Assembly (NCBI GenBank): GCA_963802945.1
Contig: CAWDKY010000017.1
Span: forward strand, 384,001-448,000
Direction: 5' to 3'
DNA: 64,000 nucleotides
Source: an uncultured delta proteobacterium
GTDB taxonomy: Bacteria > Desulfobacterota > RBG-13-43-22
Below are positions 21,142 to 32,435 of this stretch, in pieces. Position 1 is the first letter of the stretch, and each line of letters begins with the position of its first letter. The position numbers and the translations under genes are program-made. The notes beneath the pieces are model-generated. The model was not told the DNA's origin. It worked only from the letters and a program-made list of their open reading frames with translations, and made no database searches.

Positions 21142-21779
21142 ATGCGTATTCCGATAGCCAGTCAGGGATATCCATTTATTGCTTTTGGACTGATGGGGGT
21201 TGTTTTTTTTCTTTGGCTGGACCTCCCCGTAGGTTGGGGAATATTCGGTCTGCTGACTCTGTTCGTAATTTCTTTCTTTAGGGACCCTGAACGGAAATCT
21301 CCACAGAAAGAAAAAGCCATATTAGCTCCTGCTGACGGGAAAGTCCTGCTAATTGAGGATAAAGGAGGTGACCCCATTTTCCACTGGGGGGACGATAAAG
21401 GTCAGTATTTTTATGTCGGTTTTTAACTGCCATGTTAATAGGATCCCGGTGAGCGGAACAATAGAAAATGTTTTTTATCGGGCAGGTAAATTTTACATCG
21501 GCCAATCAAGAGCGGGCCTCGGCCCAAAATGAACAAAATGCCTTACTCCTGCGCACCAACGAAGGACAGGAGATCGGTATCGTTCAGGTGGCCGGTCTGC
21601 TCGCCCGGAGGATAGTCTGCTGGGTGCGTAGCGGTGACACGGTTAAACGAGGTGAACGTTTCGGATTGATCCGGTTTGGTTCTCGGGTGGATCTTTTTTT
21701 GCCGCCATCGGTCCGGATTCTAATCCATCGGGGAGACAAGGTTAAAGCCGGGCTGACCATTTTAGGAGAATTGCCATGA
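21142..21779 (+). CDS. psd: Phosphatidylserine decarboxylase proenzyme, frameshifts near 21365 and 21492
   Basis: FFRDPER, APADGKV, off-frame [13 protein letters not shown], and IRFGSRVD cleavage motif. Confidence 0.9.
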
Positions 21780-22545
21780 GAAGTCAAAAATCAAAGGAAT
21801 AAAAATCGGAAGGATCGAAGAAGGGGCATTTTTGTACTTCCCAATCTGGTGACTACGGCCAGCCTTTTTTGTGGTTTTTATGCCGTTATTGCGGCCATTG
21901 CCGGGAATTTTTATCAGGCCGCCATTTCGGTCTTGATTGCCGCAGTTTTGGATGGTCTGGATGGGCGTATCGCCCGTCTGACCCGAACGACCAGCTCCTT
22001 TGGCGTTCAGTATGATTCGTTGTCCGATATGATTGCCTTTGGGCTGGCCCCGGGAGTTCTGGTTTTTCTATGGGCCTTAAAACCGTTCAACCGATACGGA
22101 TGGATGGCCGCCTTTCTCTATGTGGTTTGCGGGGCTTTACGTTTGGCCCGGTTCAATGTTCAAGCAGGGCAAATCAGCAATAAATATTTTGTCGGCCTTC
22201 CCATTCCGGCTGCGGCCAGTATCGTTGCCACGACTATTTTGTTCATCTATCAGATTGGCGGGACAGGATCGACTGGATATCTTTTGGTGTTGATTATGAT
22301 ATATGTCCTGTCATTTCTAATGGTCAGCAATTTCCCCTATCCCAGTTTTAAAGGAATGAAATTGGGGGAACGAAGATCTTTTAACTTTATGGTGGCTGTT
22401 GTTTTGGTGTTTGTTCGTGGTCGCCTTGGAACCTTTTGTTATGTTATCCCTTGGGGTTTTAGGATATGTGTTATCGGGCCCGATATTGTTTGTTTATAGG
22501 CTGAAAAAGAAACCGGTGCCGGAACCAGTGGAGAGAACAGTTTGA
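21776..22545 (+). CDS. pssA: CDP-diacylglycerol--serine O-phosphatidyltransferase, frameshifts near both ends
   Basis: LPNLVT, DGLDGRIAR...YDSLSD, LRLARFN and FVGLPIP motifs. Confidence 0.92.
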
Positions 22546-22597
22546 ATACGATAATCGGTTTTTGATACTGGATAAAAACGAAAAGCGATACTGGATA

Positions 22598-22735
22598 CTA
22601 GTGTAGTGTTTCAATATTCCCTTTACAATTATGCCGTCATTCCCGCGAAAGCGGGAATCCAGGTTGAAAAGATTGGATTCCGGATCAAGTCCGGAATGAC
22701 AAAGCTGTAAACTTATTACAGATACACTACACTAG
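22598..22735. mobile_element. MITE-like element, family A
   Basis: Perfect 12-bp terminal IR CTAGTGTAGTGT / ACACTACACTAG; internal GTCATTCCCGCGAAAGCGGGAATCCA and TGGATTCCGGATCAAGTCCGGAATGAC; interrupts a GATACTG tandem array. Confidence 0.75.
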
Positions 22736-22783
22736 ATAAAGGCAATCCAGCATCCAGCATCCAAAAGTGAGGGACTAAAAAAA

Positions 22784-24325
22784 ATGGCTGAGCGAATTAT
22801 TATTTTCGATACAACCTTAAGGGACGGAGAGCAGTCCCCTGGGGCCAGTATGAATAAGGCAGAGAAGTTGAGTCTGGCCCGCCAATTGGAAAAATTAAAG
22901 GTCGATGTCATTGAGGCCGGATTCCCGATCACCTCCCAAGGCGATTTTGAGGCCGTTTCTTTGATCTCCAAAGAGGTCAGAGGATTGACCGTTGCCGCTT
23001 TGGCCAGGGCGGAGAAGGTGGATATCGATCGGGCCTGGGGGGCCATAAAAGGAGCGGCCGATCCCCGGATACATATTGTGATCGCCACGTCGGACTTGCA
23101 TTTACAATACAAACTGAAGAAAACCAGAAGCGAGGTCCTGGAGATCATTCAGCGTGCCGTTTCCCATGCCCGGCGATACACTTCGAATATCGAATTTTCA
23201 GCAGAAGACGCCTCACGGACCGATCCTTCTTTTCTGGCCAGGGCGGCCCAGACGGCCATCAAGGCCGGGGCCACGACCATCAATATTCCTGATACCGTGG
23301 GCTATGCCCTGCCTGAAGAATTCGGGGAGCTGATACGGACCGTTCGGGAAAAGGTTTCGGACGATGGCCGGGTGGTCTGGAGTGTGCATTGCCATAATGA
23401 TTTGGGACTGGCTGTGGCCAATTCTTTGGCAGCCATTCACAATGGAGCCCGGCAGGTGGAAGTGACTATCAATGGCATTGGAGAAAGAGCCGGGAACACC
23501 TCTTTGGAAGAACTGGTGATGGCTATTCATACCCGGAAGGATCGGATGCCTTACACGACCAAGATTGAAAAAAAACAGATCTATTCGGCCAGTCGTTTGG
23601 TCAGCCGGATCACCGGGCTGGTTGTTCAGGCCAATAAGGCCGTGGTCGGGGCCAATGCCTTTGCCCATGAATCGGGGATCCATCAGGACGGCGTGCTTAA
23701 AAAGAGGACCACTTATGAAATATTGACTCCCAAAGACATCGGTCTGGACAAGAGCATCTTGGTTTTAGGGAAACATTCAGGCAGACATGCCTTTCAAGAT
23801 CGCCTGAAGGATATGGGATATGTTTTGAATCAGGAGGACATGCAAAAGGTCTTTGATCGTTTCAAGGAACTGGCCGACAAGAAAAAAGAAGTGGTCAACG
23901 AAGATATTGAGGCCTTGATCGCCGATGAGATCCTGATGATCCCGGATACATTTAAATTGATTTATTTGAGCGTGATCAGCGGAAACATGGCCGTGCCCAC
24001 GGCCACGGTCAAGATCGAAGTCAATGGAGAGATCATCCAGAAGGCCGGTTTCGGGGTCGGTCCGATTGATGCCACTTTCAACACCATCAATAAGATAATC
24101 CGGACCCGTACCAAGGTTGGCAAACTTTTGAGTTTTTCAGTCAATGCTATTACCGGCGGCATGGATGCCCAGGGACAGGTTAATGTCCGGTTGGAACAAG
24201 GCGGCAAGATCGTCCTGGGCAAGGGATCGGATTCCGATATTATCACCGCCAGCGCCAAGGCATATTTGAATGCCTTGAATCGCCTGGAATATTTAAGGAA
24301 AAATCCGATTAAAAAATTATCGTAA
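22784..24325 (+). CDS. leuA: 2-isopropylmalate synthase
   Basis: DTTLRDGEQ, HCHNDLG, GERAGN and HESGIHQDG motifs. Confidence 0.97.
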   Translation: MAERIIIFDTTLRDGEQSPGASMNKAEKLSLARQLEKLKVDVIEAGFPITSQGDFEAVSLISKEVRGLTVAALARAEKVDIDRAWGAIKGAADPRIHIVIATSDLHLQYKLKKTRSEVLEIIQRAVSHARRYTSNIEFSAEDASRTDPSFLARAAQTAIKAGATTINIPDTVGYALPEEFGELIRTVREKVSDDGRVVWSVHCHNDLGLAVANSLAAIHNGARQVEVTINGIGERAGNTSLEELVMAIHTRKDRMPYTTKIEKKQIYSASRLVSRITGLVVQANKAVVGANAFAHESGIHQDGVLKKRTTYEILTPKDIGLDKSILVLGKHSGRHAFQDRLKDMGYVLNQEDMQKVFDRFKELADKKKEVVNEDIEALIADEILMIPDTFKLIYLSVISGNMAVPTATVKIEVNGEIIQKAGFGVGPIDATFNTINKIIRTRTKVGKLLSFSVNAITGGMDAQGQVNVRLEQGGKIVLGKGSDSDIITASAKAYLNALNRLEYLRKNPIKKLS

Positions 24326-24329
24326 AAAA

Positions 24330-24420
24330 GAATACAGAATTCAGAAGTCAGAATTCAGAATGAAAAAATAAATTCAGTAGTTCCTTTTCTGTATTCTAGC
24401 TTCTGACTGCTGGATTCTAA
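24330..24420. repeat. Inverted heptamer tandem arrays (CAGAATT-type)
   Basis: CAGAATT CAGAAGT CAGAATT CAGAATG ... TTCTGTA TTCTAGC TTCTGAC TGCTGGA TTCT. Confidence 0.8.
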
Positions 24421-24433
24421 AGGTGTATTTGTC

Positions 24434-25711
24434 ATGTCCCAAACCATTACCGAAAAAATATTGGCTGCTCATGCCGGGATGAAGACCGTTCATCCGGGGC
24501 AATTGATTGAAGCCAGGGTGGATCTGGCCCTGGGCAATGATATTACCGCTCCAATCGCCATAAAGGTTTTTCATAAGGCAGGCGGTAAAAAGGTCTTTGA
24601 TCCGAAAAAGGTGGTTATCGTTCCCGATCATTTTGTGCCCAACAAGGATATCGCAGCAGCCGAACAATGTCGGGAAATGCGTCTCTTTGCCCGGGAGCAA
24701 AAACTGCCCCATTATTTTGAGTTGGGGGAGATGGGGATAGAACATGCCTTACTCCCGGAAAAAGGGCTGGTCCTGCCCGGGGATCTGGTTATCGGGGCTG
24801 ACAGCCATACCTGTACCTATGGGGCCTTGGGGGCCTTTGCCAGCGGTATGGGGAGCACGGACCTGGGTGCGACCATGATCACCGGCCGAACCTGGTTGAA
24901 GGTCCCAGAGACCATCAAGCTCGTTTATCAGGGTAAACCCAAGCCCTGGGTTTCCGGAAAGGACCTAATCCTTTATACCATCGGCGATCTCGGTGTGGAT
25001 GGGGCCCGTTATCAGGCAATGGAATTTACAGGCCCGGCCCTGGCCGCATTTTCCATGGCCGATCGTTTCACGATGGCCAATATGGCCGTTGAGGCCGGGG
25101 CCAAGAACGGCATATTTATCCCGGATGATAAGACCCTGGCTTATGTTCAGGAACGTTCAAAGAAAAAAGGGAAGATCTATAGTTCCGATTCAGGGGCGGA
25201 ATATCGGGAAATAAGGCACTATAACTTGGGGGAAATCGAACCCCAGGTGGCTTTCCCGCATCTGCCGGAGAACGCCCGGCCTATATCCAAGGTAGGGAAG
25301 GTCTCTATTGATCAAGCAGTCATCGGGTCCTGCACCAACGGCCGGCTGGAGGATTTGCGTATCGCCGCTAAGGTGCTGAAAGGTCATAAGGTGGCCAAGG
25401 GAGTCCGGTTGATCATCATCCCGGCCACCCCCTGGATCTATCGTCAGGCCATGGTAGAAGGTCTGTTTGATATCTTTTTGGAAGCCGGTGGAGTAATCAG
25501 CACGCCAACCTGCGGTCCTTGCCTCGGAGGTTATATGGGTATTCTGGCCCAAGGAGAACGGGCCATTGCCACGACCAATCGGAATTTTGTCGGTCGTATG
25601 GGTCATCCCAAAAGCGAGGTCTATCTGGCTGGGCCGGCTGTTACTGCTGCCTCGGCCGTTTTGGGGATTATCGGGCCGGTGGAGGCCTTGCCGAAGGTGA
25701 AGAAAAAATAA
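24434..25711 (+). CDS. leuC: 3-isopropylmalate dehydratase large subunit
   Basis: [23 protein letters not shown] and TNRNF motifs. Confidence 0.96.
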   Translation: MSQTITEKILAAHAGMKTVHPGQLIEARVDLALGNDITAPIAIKVFHKAGGKKVFDPKKVVIVPDHFVPNKDIAAAEQCREMRLFAREQKLPHYFELGEMGIEHALLPEKGLVLPGDLVIGADSHTCTYGALGAFASGMGSTDLGATMITGRTWLKVPETIKLVYQGKPKPWVSGKDLILYTIGDLGVDGARYQAMEFTGPALAAFSMADRFTMANMAVEAGAKNGIFIPDDKTLAYVQERSKKKGKIYSSDSGAEYREIRHYNLGEIEPQVAFPHLPENARPISKVGKVSIDQAVIGSCTNGRLEDLRIAAKVLKGHKVAKGVRLIIIPATPWIYRQAMVEGLFDIFLEAGGVISTPTCGPCLGGYMGILAQGERAIATTNRNFVGRMGHPKSEVYLAGPAVTAASAVLGIIGPVEALPKVKKK

Positions 25712-25792
25712 GTTCAGAGTTCGGAGAAAACCTTATCTCCTCAAGAAATTTTTTGAAAGTAAAGAGCACATTCATATAAAAAAGGGGAAGCA

Positions 25793-26326
25793 ATGAAGTA
25801 CAGTGGAAGGGTCTGGAAGTTTGGAGACCATGTGGATACAGATGTGATTATACCGGCTCGATATCTGAACACATCGGATTCCAAGGAGCTGGGGCGACAC
25901 TGCATGGAAGATGCCGACCCCGATTTTTTAAAGAAGATCCATAAAGGAGACATTATTGTGGCCGGAAGAAATTTCGGCAGCGGTTCTTCGAGAGAACATG
26001 CCCCCATAGCTATTAAGGCGGCGGGGATTTCTTGTGTCATTGCCGAAAATTTCGCCCGTATTTTTTATCGCAATGCTTTTAATATGGGGCTTCCGATATT
26101 CGAATCTCCGGAAGCAGCCCAACACATTCAAGAAGGAGATTGGGTGGGGGTGAATGCGCAAACCGGAGTGATTGAAGATCAAACCTTGCATAAAAAATTC
26201 CAGGCCGAACCGATTCCTCCCTTTATGCAAGAATTGATTCATGACGGAGGTTTGATAAAGCACATAAAAAAAGTTCAAAGTTTAAAGTTGATGGACTCGG
26301 GAAAAGTCGTCAAAAACCCATTTTAG
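25793..26326 (+). CDS. leuD: 3-isopropylmalate dehydratase small subunit
   Basis: [22 protein letters not shown] and FARIFYRN motifs. Confidence 0.96.
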   Translation: MKYSGRVWKFGDHVDTDVIIPARYLNTSDSKELGRHCMEDADPDFLKKIHKGDIIVAGRNFGSGSSREHAPIAIKAAGISCVIAENFARIFYRNAFNMGLPIFESPEAAQHIQEGDWVGVNAQTGVIEDQTLHKKFQAEPIPPFMQELIHDGGLIKHIKKVQSLKLMDSGKVVKNPF

Positions 26327-26423
26327 TCATTCCCGTGAAAACGGGAATCCAGTAAGATTATTCAGTTCATAGTCTCCTGGACCCCGGCTTTCGCCGGGGT
26401 GACGACTTTTTAGAGTTTAGCAA
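26288..26423. mobile_element. MITE-like element, family B, overlapping the leuD 3' end
   Basis: IR TTGATGGACTCGGGAAAAGTCGTCA / TGACGACTTTTTAGAGTTTAGCAA; internal GTCATTCCCGTGAAAACGGGAATCCA and TGGACCCCGGCTTTCGCCGGGGTGAC. Confidence 0.65.
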
Positions 26424-26489
26424 AGTAAATGGACTTCCAATGATTGGATCAAAGTTAAAATATTGGATAAAAGATCTAAAGGAAAAACG

Positions 26490-27549
26490 ATGAGCAAAAC
26501 TTTTAAGATTGCAGTCATTTCTGGAGACGGCACCGGACCGGAGGTGGTGGCCGAAGGCTTGAAAGTGCTGAAAGTGGTCGAGCAGAAAGGGGAAGGAGCT
26601 TTTCAATTCATTCCTTTTGATCTGGGCGGTGATCGCTATTTGAAGACCGGTGATATATTGCCGGATACCGAATTGGCCGAGTTAAAAAATATGGACGCCA
26701 TTTATCTTGGGGCCATCGGCCATCCGGAAGTCAAGCCCGGTATCTTGGAAAAAGGTTTGCTGCTCCGACTGCGCTTTGAACTGGATCAATATATCAATTT
26801 ACGGCCGGTTATTCTTTATCCCGGCGTAGAAACACCCTTAAGAAATAAAGGGTCTGAAGACATCGATTTCATAGTCATCAGGGAAAACACCGAAGGTCTT
26901 TATGCCGGGTCCGGGGGCTTTCTGAAAAAAGGGACCGCCGATGAAGTGGCCATCCAGGAATCCGTCAATACCCGTAAGGGGGTGGAGCGGTGTATTCGCT
27001 ATGCCTTTGAGCTTTGCCAAAAGCGGAATCAGGAAACGCAAACTCACCTTGTGCGGGAAGACCAATGTCCTGACTTTTGCCTTTGATCTCTGGGAGCGGG
27101 TTTTTCATGAGGTGGCAGAAGAATATCCCCAGGTCACCATCGATTACGCCCATGTAGATGCCGTCTGTATGTGGATGGTGAAAAATCCGGAATGGTTCGA
27201 TGTGATCGTCACCGATAATATGTTCGGAGATATTATCACCGATCTGGGAGCCATGATCCAGGGGGGAATGGGTATTGCCGCCGGCGGGAACATCAATCCC
27301 CAGGGGGTGTCCATGTTTGAACCGATCGGCGGATCGGCCCCAAAATATGCGGGTAAGAATGTCATTAATCCTCTGGCGGCCATCGGGGCCGCCCAGATGA
27401 TGCTGGCTCACCTGGGGTTGAATCAGGCCGCCCGGCGGGTGGAAAAGGCCATTCGGGCAGTGGTTAAAAACAATATCAAGGATCTGACCGCCGGCAAAAT
27501 GGGATACACAACCCAGGAGGTCGGAGACTTGGTGGTGAAGAATTTATAA
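26490..27549 (+). CDS. leuB: 3-isopropylmalate dehydrogenase, frameshift near 27030
   Basis: [12 protein letters not shown] and RENTEGLY in the 5' ORF; NMFGDIITD and FEPIGGSAP in the 3' ORF. Confidence 0.93.
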
Positions 27550-27620
27550 GCTCACAGCCAACAGCCTTCAGCTTTCAGAACCCCTTTTTCTTTGCTGACG
27601 GCTGATCGCTGAGAGCTAAT
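27548..27620. repeat. Inverted heptamer tandem arrays (CAGCTTT-type)
   Basis: AGCTCAC AGCCAAC AGCCTTC AGCTTTC ... GCTGACG GCTGATC GCTGAGA GCT. Confidence 0.75.
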
Positions 27621-27641
27621 TGCTTAAAAGGAAGGTGCATC

Positions 27642-28659
27642 ATGAGTAGATTATGGAATGTGGCAGTGGCCGGGGCCACCGGAGCGGTGGGGAATCAGAT
27701 GATCCGTTGTCTGGAGGAAAGGAATTTCCCTGTAAAAAATATCAAGTTCTTGGCTTCGACCCGCTCCGTCGGCAAAAGCCTCCCATTCAAGGGGACGCTG
27801 ATTGCGGTTGAAGAATTGAAGGAGGATTCCTTCAAAGGGGTGGACATCGCCCTGTTTTCCGCCGGGGCTTCGACCAGCTTGAAGTTTGCACCTCTGGCAG
27901 CCCAGTCCGGCTGTGTGGTGATTGATAATTCCAGCGCCTTCCGGATGGATCCCAAGATTCCTTTGGTTGTTCCTGAATGCAATGCCAAGCGTGTCCGCCA
28001 GGGCCCGGGTATTATTGCCAACCCGAATTGTTCGACCATTCAGATGGTAGTGGCCCTGAAGCCGATTCATGTCAAGCTGGGGATAAAACGAATCATCGTC
28101 TCCACCTACCAGGCCGTATCCGGGACCGGGCAGAAGGCGATTTTTGAATTAAGGGATCAGATTGTGGATTTAGCGGCGGGCAAGGAACCGGTGATCAAGG
28201 TGTATCCCTATCAAATTGCCTATAACTGTTTGCCGCATATCGATGTGTTTCTGGACAATGGTTATACCAAGGAAGAAATGAAGATGGTTAACGAAACCCG
28301 AAAGATCCTGGAAGATGATTCCATCAAGATCTCGGCTACCACGGTTCGGGTTCCGGTTTATTACGGCCATTCGGAAGCGGTCAATATTAAAACCGATAAA
28401 AAGACCACCCCGCAGGAAGTAAGAAAACTGCTTGCAAAAGGCCCCTGGCGTGGTTGTCGTGGATGATATCGCCAACAAGGTTTATCCGACGGCTTTGATG
28501 TCCGAAGGGAAGGACGAGGTCTTTGTCGGCCGGATTCGGGAAGATTTTTCCGATAGAAACGGGATCGCCATGTGGATCGTGTCCGATAATATCCGCAAAG
28601 GGGCGGCTACCAACGCCGTCCAGATCGCAGAAATCTGGGCCCAAAAGGCGGGTCGTTAA
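27642..28659 (+). CDS. asd: Aspartate-semialdehyde dehydrogenase, frameshift near 28440
   Basis: GATGAVG, NPNCST, YQAVSG and GHSE motifs; DNIRKGAATNAVQIAE in the 3' ORF. Confidence 0.95.
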
Positions 28660-28761
28660 CATAGAGTTCGAGGGATGAAGGAGGCAAGATGAGGGACGAG
28701 TTTAAGCAGTAGTTTGGCAAGCTGTTGCGTCTTTCATTTTTCGTCCCTCGTTGGTATTTTT

Positions 28762-29319
28762 ATGAGGATCATCGCCGGTTCATGCAAAGGACGCCGTTTG
28801 GCTCCGCTGAAAGGAAGTCAAACACGTCCGACTCAAGACCGGATCCGAGAAGCGATTTTTAATATTTTGGAACCCAGTGGTCCTTTTCTCCATGTGGCCG
28901 ATTTGTTTGCCGGGAGCGGGGCCATGGGCTTGGAGGCCTTAAGTCGTTGGGGGGGAAAGGCGGTCTTTGTTGAATCCTCCCGACCGGCAATGGATAGTCT
29001 CCGGGAAAATATTCATCGTTTGAAATTGGAGGACCAATCCCGCTTGATCCAACGGGATCTGGCTCGAGGGGTTCAATTTTTAGCCAAAATCAACGGTCCC
29101 TTCGACCTAATTTTTTCCGATCCTCCCTATGGACAAGGCTGGTGTAATTTGATAATCTCATCACTGCTGAGCCCTCCGATGCTCAAACCAACCGGGATTT
29201 TGGTTCTGGAACACGATTTAAAGGAGCCTATTCCGGAGAAGGTGGGGGATTGGGGGATAAGGGATCAACGCCGATATGGGAGGACCAGGGTGTCCTTTTA
29301 TCATTTAATGAAGAGGTGA
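28762..29319 (+). CDS. rsmD: 16S rRNA (guanine966-N2)-methyltransferase
   Basis: MRIIAG, TRPT, DLFAGSGAMGLEALSR and DPPY motifs; precedes coaD. Confidence 0.93.
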   Translation: MRIIAGSCKGRRLAPLKGSQTRPTQDRIREAIFNILEPSGPFLHVADLFAGSGAMGLEALSRWGGKAVFVESSRPAMDSLRENIHRLKLEDQSRLIQRDLARGVQFLAKINGPFDLIFSDPPYGQGWCNLIISSLLSPPMLKPTGILVLEHDLKEPIPEKVGDWGIRDQRRYGRTRVSFYHLMKR

Positions 29320-29327
29320 AAATCCAG

Positions 29328-29900
29328 ATGAGTCGTGTAGCCATTTATCCGGGGTCTTTTGATCCCATTACCAATGGGCATCTTAGTTTGCTTCGTCGGG
29401 GCCTTCAGATATTCGATAAAATTATTGTTGCCATTGCCATCAATCCGGAAAAGAAGCCTTTGTTCAGCCTGGAAGAACGGATCGACATCCTTAAAACGGT
29501 TTTGAAGGATTATCCCCGGATTCAGATCGATCATTTTCAGGGATTGTTGGTGGACTATGTCCAACGACAGGAAACCAACATCGTTTTAAGGGGACTCCGG
29601 GCCATGTCGGATTTTGAATACGAATTTCAGTTGGCCCTGATGAATCGAAAGCTGACCCAAAAAGTTGAGACGGTTTTTATGATGACTGACTATAGATGGT
29701 TCTATATCAGTTCCACTATTATCAAAGAGGCCGCCTCGCTGGGAGGCAATATTGACGGATTGGTTCCGGAATTTGTCAACCAGCGGCTGAGAGAAAAATT
29801 CGGATTCCCTCCGAAATCTTCGGCTAATAATCATACCAAATCCAATAACCGATTAAAGAATTTCGCCCGTAATTCCAGACAAAAGGAAATCTGGGGATAA
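29328..29900 (+). CDS. coaD: Phosphopantetheine adenylyltransferase
   Basis: YPGSFDPITNGH, RGLRAMSDFEYE and ISST motifs. Confidence 0.97.
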   Translation: MSRVAIYPGSFDPITNGHLSLLRRGLQIFDKIIVAIAINPEKKPLFSLEERIDILKTVLKDYPRIQIDHFQGLLVDYVQRQETNIVLRGLRAMSDFEYEFQLALMNRKLTQKVETVFMMTDYRWFYISSTIIKEAASLGGNIDGLVPEFVNQRLREKFGFPPKSSANNHTKSNNRLKNFARNSRQKEIWG

Positions 29901-29943
29901 CACCTCATGTTTTTTTTCTCTGCCGAATAAATGGAAAAATAGA

Positions 29944-30389
29944 ATGCCCGAATTCGTACCTGTGGAGACATTGAAACAAATGGTCGGACAAGAAAACGGC
30001 CTCAGCGACTGGGTGCTTATTGATCAGGACCGGATCAACCAGTTTGCGGACATCACCGGACAAAAAGCTTGGATCCATGTGGATATCGACAGGGCCAAGG
30101 AAGGGCCGTTCGGCGGTCCTATCGGGCACGGAGACTTTTTACTCTCCCTGATTCCGGTATTTAGCGCCTCAGCGAAATATGCACCGGCCGGTGTCAAAAT
30201 GGCCTGAATAAGGTCCGCTATCTTAATCCCGTTCCTGTCAATGCACGGGTGCGTTCCCGAATGGTTATCTCCGGTGTTGAAGAAAAACAATACGGCCGAA
30301 TGCTTATGACCACGACTCATACCGTCGAAATAGAAGGCCAGGAAAAATCGGCCTGCATCGCCGAAAGCCTGGCCATGCTTTTTTTTTAA
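29944..30389 (+). pseudogene. MaoC-family dehydratase disrupted by a short internal deletion
   Basis: INQFADITG..WIHVD..GPFGGPIGHG, then stop at 30205; GLNKVRYLNPVPV...ACIAE continues in another frame; the usual NY before GLNKVR is missing. Confidence 0.8.
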
Positions 30390-30435
30390 AAGAATGACGC
30401 TTTTGCCTTCCTGTTGCCTTTCCGCTGGGAATTGA

Positions 30436-31347
30436 TCAGTTCTTTTTCTGTTTTCGAATTTTACAGCTTTCTATGGTGTTCTCACAAGGTTCTTCACAAG
30501 GCTCGATATGGATGATGATGTCCATGGAAGGGATCGTGCGGGCTATTTCGGATTCCAGTTCAGCCGTTCGTTCATGGGCTTCCTCGACCTTAAGCATCCG
30601 ACAGAACAAGACGTGTAAATCGCCATAGATTTTACTGCCTGACGTTCGGGTTCGAAGTTTATGAAAACCGGCATAAGGGAAGGGCATGCTTTCCAGAATG
30701 GTAATCAGCTTCTCTTCTGTGGCTTGGGGAATGCTCGAATCCATCAAGCCGACCAGGGCCTTTTTGGCAATGATCACTGCCGAGTAAATAATAATAGCGC
30801 CGACGATGACGGCAAAAAGCAAATCAAAAAAGATCTGCCCGGTAAAATAGGTTAATAAGATGGCTAATAAAGCGGCCGTATTGGAGTAAAGGTCGCTGGT
30901 GTAATGGAGAGCATCGGCTTTAAGGGCCGGGGAACCGGTGGCTTCCCCGATTTTTTTCAGACGCCTGGAAATAATAAAACTGAAACCCAGGGAGAGGATC
31001 ATCACCCCTAAATCCAGGATAGAATAGTTTATTTTTTGAGATTCAATCCATTTGTGTATCGAGGTAATGATGATATAACTGCCGGAAAAAACGATAACCA
31101 GGGTTTGAAAAATCGCCGCCAGATTTTCTGCTTTTCCATGGCCATAGGGGTGATCCTGATCGGCCGGCTGGCTGGCCTTGCGAATAGCCCAAAAATTCAT
31201 GGCCGACATACTGACATCCAAAAAGCTGTCCAGGCCGGAAGAGAGGATGGCCATGGAGCCGGAAAAGAATCCAGCCGTAAACTTACATCCGGCCAGGATA
31301 GCGGCTGAACAAATGGCAAACAGGAATGCTTTTTGTTTTATGTCCAT
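30436..31347 (-). CDS. Cation diffusion facilitator family transporter (FieF-like)
   Basis: DSFLD, DHPYGHGKAE, ADALHYTSD and IHIEP motifs; multiple TM segments. Confidence 0.92.
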   Translation of the reverse strand: MDIKQKAFLFAICSAAILAGCKFTAGFFSGSMAILSSGLDSFLDVSMSAMNFWAIRKASQPADQDHPYGHGKAENLAAIFQTLVIVFSGSYIIITSIHKWIESQKINYSILDLGVMILSLGFSFIISRRLKKIGEATGSPALKADALHYTSDLYSNTAALLAILLTYFTGQIFFDLLFAVIVGAIIIYSAVIIAKKALVGLMDSSIPQATEEKLITILESMPFPYAGFHKLRTRTSGSKIYGDLHVLFCRMLKVEEAHERTAELESEIARTIPSMDIIIHIEPCEEPCENTIESCKIRKQKKN

Positions 31348-31371
31348 GGTTTGAAAAAAGTTTGGTATCGA

Positions 31372-32424
31372 CTAGGTCGAGACGACAATCCTTCCTGCCT
31401 TTCGGGCGTTTACTTCTCCGATTATAGAGGCCAGTGTTATTTCCTTTTTATGTAATCGGGTCAGCAAAGATTGAGCTTTATCGGCCGAAACGGCTATCAA
31501 CAATCCCCCGGAAGTTTGAGCATCGGAGAGGATGTCGAGCAGATAACCGGGTATGGCCGGATCGATTTGCAGAGAGCGATGACAAAAATTACGATTGGCG
31601 TGTGTCCCAGCCGGGACCAGACCCATTCGGGAATATTCCAGGGCATAAGGGATGATGGGAACTCGGGAAGCAAACAGGGTCATACCGCATTTGCTGGCCT
31701 GGGCCATTTCCAGGGCGTGACCCAGCAGACCGAAACCGGTGATATCAGTGCAGGCATGGACTCCGCATTTCTGCATGACTTCCGCTCCGATTCGATTGGA
31801 TTCCAGCATGACCCGGATCATGGCTTTCTCCGCCTCAGCGGAGGCCGCTTTTCCTTTTAAGGCCGTGGCAATGATGCCGGTGCCGATGGGTTTGGTCAGG
31901 ATCAGTTGATCCCCGGGTCGGGCCCCGGCATTGGTCAGGACTTTATCAGGATGGATGATCCCGGTCACGGATAGACCATATTTCAATTCCAGATCATCAA
32001 CACTGTGGCCCCCGACCAACAAGGCCCCGGCTTCATGAATTTTTTCCAGACCCCCCTTCAGAATTTCCTTTAAAACCGATTTTTCCAGGCTCTTTTTTGG
32101 AAAACAGACGATATTCATGGCCGTCAAAGGTCTGCCGCCCATGGCATAGATATCGCTGAGGGCATTCACGGCCGCAATTTGGCCGAAGGTATAAGGGTCA
32201 TTGACAATGGGAGTGAAAAAATCAAGGGTCTGGATCAAGGCCAGATCATCTCGCAGTTTATAGACTCCGGCATCGTCCGAGGTCTCCCTTCCGACCAATA
32301 AATTGGGATCGGTTTCCAAAGGCAAGTCGGCCAAAATTTCCTGCAGGTCTCCCGGACCCAGTTTTGAAGCTCAGCCGGCAGCCCGGGCGCCGTTGACCAA
32401 ATTAATGGGTTGTTTTTTTCTCAT
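31372..32424 (-). CDS. selD: Selenide, water dikinase; selenoprotein form with UGA at codon 18
   Basis: MRKKQPINLVNGARAAG-UGA(32371-32373)-ASKLGPGDL in frame with DDAG, DFFTP, DITGFGLLGH and QTSGGLL. Confidence 0.95.
32341..32370 (-). promoter_or_regulatory. Putative bacterial SECIS hairpin of selD
   Basis: Just 3' of the UGA: CTG-GGTC-CGGGA-GACC-TGCAG stem with a G-rich apical loop. Confidence 0.7.
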
Positions 32425-32435
32425 TGATTCTCCTG

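Noticed and set aside
13340-26410. GTCATTCC..GGAATCCA palindromes as a CRISPR array
   Set aside because: They are dispersed doublets without regular repeat-spacer periodicity, and no cas genes are present
26941-28659. Programmed ribosomal frameshifting in leuB, asd and other split genes
   Set aside because: No consistent slippery site plus stimulator; the number and spread of breaks fit sequence error
30205-30207. UGA in the MaoC gene as selenocysteine
   Set aside because: Homology continues in a different frame, the position is not a Cys site and no SECIS-like hairpin follows
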